From assembly GCA_041395025.1 (NCBI GenBank), contig JAWLBH010000001.1, positions 960,001 through 992,000 of the forward strand: a DNA stretch of 32,000 nucleotides, given 5' to 3'. The notes below the pieces were generated by a model, which was not told where the DNA came from, did no database searches, and saw only the letters and a program-made list of their open reading frames with translations. A program made the translations under genes and the position numbers. Positions 29,910 to 32,000 of the stretch are shown here, one piece after another; position 1 is the first letter of the stretch; each line of letters starts with the position of its first letter. This stretch comes from Chlamydiales bacterium (GTDB lineage: Bacteria; Chlamydiota; Chlamydiia; Chlamydiales; JAAKFR01).

Positions 29910-30446
29910 ATGGCACACTCCCCAATGACAAACACGGATACTCGATATAAAATTCGTAGAATGGAATTGAGTGATGTAGCTGCCGTTGCGGCAGTTCACG
30001 CACAGTCTTTTTCCAGGCAGCTAAACTCTGAAGAATGGATACTATGTAATTTTAGAGCTTATCCAAGAATTAGGATTTTTGTGGCTTATGCTGATAATGA
30101 AATTGTTGGCTATATTCAGTGGACGGAAAAAAGTGGTTTTAGAAAAGAGGTTGTGTTGGAACTTGAGCAAATTGCGGTTTTACCTGAATCGAGAAATCAG
30201 GGGATAGGCTCCAATCTGATTAACTCTTCCCTATCTCTAGTCAAAGAAGAATTAGCTACAAGAGAGGCTGTTTTGAAACATATCATCGTTACTACTAGGA
30301 CAGATAACAGCGCGCAAAAAATTTATCGAGAGACTTTAAACGCTTCAGCTGAAACGACCATCTCAGATTTATTTTCAGCAGATGAAGTCATCATGATAGT
30401 AAGAGATATTTCAAAGCAAAAGGAATCGAAACAGTGGAATCAATAA
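29910..30446 (+). CDS. GNAT-family N-acetyltransferase
   Basis: Acetyl-CoA motif A QIAVLPESRNQGIGSNLI, preceded by VAYADNEIVGYIQW beta strands. Start is uncertain: ATG 29910 or 29925. The tracked TTG at 29886 lies inside the hairpin. Confidence 0.8.
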   Translation: MAHSPMTNTDTRYKIRRMELSDVAAVAAVHAQSFSRQLNSEEWILCNFRAYPRIRIFVAYADNEIVGYIQWTEKSGFRKEVVLELEQIAVLPESRNQGIGSNLINSSLSLVKEELATREAVLKHIIVTTRTDNSAQKIYRETLNASAETTISDLFSADEVIMIVRDISKQKESKQWNQ

Positions 30447-31249
30447 ACTCATCTCAATATTCATATGATTCTAATCATGTGAGATATGAATTGTACTCAA
30501 TGAACGATAAAGAAAGCTACAACTGGATTTTCCTTCCCGGTGGACCAGGAGCTGATTCTAGCTATTATCGTAGCTTGGTTGATATGCCTGGAAATGGGAC
30601 TAACGTAGAAGACGGTGTTTCGTATGATTATGATGAGTGGTTTGGGATATTTCCATCTATCATTCAAAAATTTGAGAACCCAATTTTAGTTGGGCATTCA
30701 TTTGGGGGAATGTTTCCTTTGCTTTTTCCTGAGCTTGAGAGTCAATTGAAAGGATTTGTAATTCTTAGTTCTGCCCCTTCCCTTTGGCTAGAGGCAGCTG
30801 TTGAATATGCCAAGCAATTTGATTTACCCGATGTGCGTAAAGAAATAAAAGAACTGGCATTAAATCCTTCACAGAGTACATTTGAAATTGCTATAGATGC
30901 CTGCATGCCCTACTATTTTCCGAAAGAGACTTTAGAGGAAGGTCGAGCCCTAGTTTCAAAGCTAAAGTTTCAGTATTTGCCTGCAGGATGGTGGCAAAAA
31001 AAGGCTGTGGAAATAAACTTTACAGCAGAATGGATACCCCAAAATGTTCCTACGCTTATTTTTGGTTCAAAATATGATTGTATCTGTCCTTTTTCGCTAT
31101 TTGAAAATGACGAAAGATTTGGGCGTGATAATATTGAATTAATTTACGTTGAAAATGCAGGTCATTTTATTTGGGTAGAAAACCCTCAAATAATGGTAAA
31201 GAAGTTCGGCGAATATATTTCAAAACTGAATGCAACGTCTCATCAATAG
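30434..31249 (+). CDS. alpha/beta-fold hydrolase (proline-iminopeptidase-like GGPG type)
   Basis: FLPGGPG oxyanion region, nucleophile elbow GHSFGG, and putative acid and His residues in KYDCICP and NAGHFIWVENP. GTG 30434 has AAGGA upstream and overlaps the GNAT 3' end by 13 nt. The alternative ATG is at 30500. Confidence 0.8.
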   Translation: MESINSSQYSYDSNHVRYELYSMNDKESYNWIFLPGGPGADSSYYRSLVDMPGNGTNVEDGVSYDYDEWFGIFPSIIQKFENPILVGHSFGGMFPLLFPELESQLKGFVILSSAPSLWLEAAVEYAKQFDLPDVRKEIKELALNPSQSTFEIAIDACMPYYFPKETLEEGRALVSKLKFQYLPAGWWQKKAVEINFTAEWIPQNVPTLIFGSKYDCICPFSLFENDERFGRDNIELIYVENAGHFIWVENPQIMVKKFGEYISKLNATSHQ

Positions 31250-31389
31250 ACGTATTCACTATTACGTTCCAAATCTGAATCTATAGACTGAACGATTTTA
31301 AGTTGTTATTCCTTAAAGAGTTTGTTATATCAGAACATTTTCTCACTTAAGATGTTGCGCCAATATCATAAAAATTATAACATTGGTGT

Positions 31390-31989
31390 ATGAAAAGCCA
31401 AGACCAACTCTTTGAGATAGCAGACCGACAACAAGGCTTTTTTACTGCAAAACAAGCGGAAGAATGTGGCTATGCGCGGTCTAACTTTCATTTAAGACTT
31501 GCTTCAGGAGAATGGACTCAGGAGGGCAGGGGTATTTATCGATTAGCGAGATACCCCGTGACCGACCGGTCCGAACTTGTATTATGGAGTCTCTGGAGTA
31601 GGAATTTAAAGGATATTCCCCAAGGCGTATGGTCACATGAGACCGCTCTCGATATTCAGGAGCTGTCAGATGTGATGCCATCTAAAATGCATATGACGGT
31701 TCCTCGTGGCTTTCGAAGACGCATTGAAATCCCAAAAGTTCTATGCCTGCATTATGCGAATTTGGGCCAATCCGAGATAGAGCAAAGGCAAGGCTACCGG
31801 GTAACGGCTCCTTTTAGGACACTGCTGGATGTCTTTGAAGCAGAAACAGTAGCCGACAATTTTCTCGCTCAGGCTGTGCATCAAGCGTTAGAGAGGGGAC
31901 TTGTTGCCGAAGAAGAACTGCATTCTCTCGAAAAGACACATCCCAATATCCACTTTAAAATGAAGAGATTATTGAATGACAAGTTTTAA
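31390..31989 (+). CDS. AbiEi-family antitoxin / transcriptional regulator (type IV toxin-antitoxin, AbiE-type)
   Basis: The N-terminal winged-helix pattern LFEIADRQQGFFTAKQAEECGY...RLASGEWTQEGRGIYRL matches the AbiEi_4 domain as I know it. So do WSHETALDIQELSD, HMTVPRGFRRR and GYRVTAPFRTLLDV. G+C is clearly elevated. Confidence 0.8.
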   Translation: MKSQDQLFEIADRQQGFFTAKQAEECGYARSNFHLRLASGEWTQEGRGIYRLARYPVTDRSELVLWSLWSRNLKDIPQGVWSHETALDIQELSDVMPSKMHMTVPRGFRRRIEIPKVLCLHYANLGQSEIEQRQGYRVTAPFRTLLDVFEAETVADNFLAQAVHQALERGLVAEEELHSLEKTHPNIHFKMKRLLNDKF

Positions 31990-32000
31990 AACACCGACCG

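Noticed and set aside
29886-30446. The GNAT considered as a TacT/AtaT-type GNAT toxin of a toxin-antitoxin pair.
   Set aside because: Those toxins are preceded by a small RHH/DUF1778 antitoxin gene. Here the upstream neighbour is the tRNA and a hairpin, with no small ORF, and the downstream overlapping partner is a hydrolase.
29839-32000. Search for a direct repeat of the tRNA-Leu 3' end (att site), or for an integrase or transposase bounding the accessory segment.
   Set aside because: None was seen by eye within the window. The island hypothesis therefore rests only on composition and gene content, and the boundary, if any, is off-window.
1-32000. CRISPR arrays, rRNA genes, IS elements, prophage genes, and structured RNAs (tmRNA, RNase P, SRP) in intergenic spacers.
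   Set aside because: There are no regularly spaced repeats, no rRNA-like conserved blocks and no transposase-like ORFs. The spacers are too AT-rich and unstructured for the known GC-rich stems of those RNAs. The only RNA gene supported is tRNA-Leu.

Overview
AT-rich window (single 60-nt lines counted by hand give about 37% G+C in core genes). Gene content and order are those of the phylum Chlamydiae, probably a chlamydia-like or environmental lineage; this is inferred from synteny and protein motifs, not from any search. About 29.6 kb is tightly packed core genome. It runs: 5'-truncated dnaE; a convergent hypothetical gene; a BamD-like TPR protein and an LptE-like lipoprotein; rsbW; a small acidic hypothetical; dacC; an RsmB/Sun-type RNA m5C methyltransferase; then lnt-lpxC-fabZ-lpxA-fmt. 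Next is a Cap1(CT529)-position membrane ORF, then a 23-gene rplC-to-rplQ block (21 r-proteins plus secY and rpoA), then gap and a translationally coupled charged ORF. The r-protein block lacks rpsJ, rpsN, rpmD, infA, rpmJ and rpsD, the reduced chlamydial layout as I recall it. As I recall the C. trachomatis numbering, the order corresponds to CT545-CT551 joined to CT534-CT504. The only clearly accessory part is the last ~2.2 kb. There a tRNA-Leu(UAA) at 29756-29838 is followed by a more G+C-rich segment (about 45-53% in hand-counted lines). It encodes a GNAT acetyltransferase overlapping an alpha/beta hydrolase, and an AbiEi-family antitoxin/regulator that ends 11 nt before the window edge. 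Its expected AbiEii toxin partner would lie off-window. No rRNA, CRISPR array, transposase or integrase is visible. I cannot show a complete novel system in this window. The best leads are the tRNA-Leu-linked segment, the Cap1-position ORF and the gap-coupled arginine-cluster ORF.
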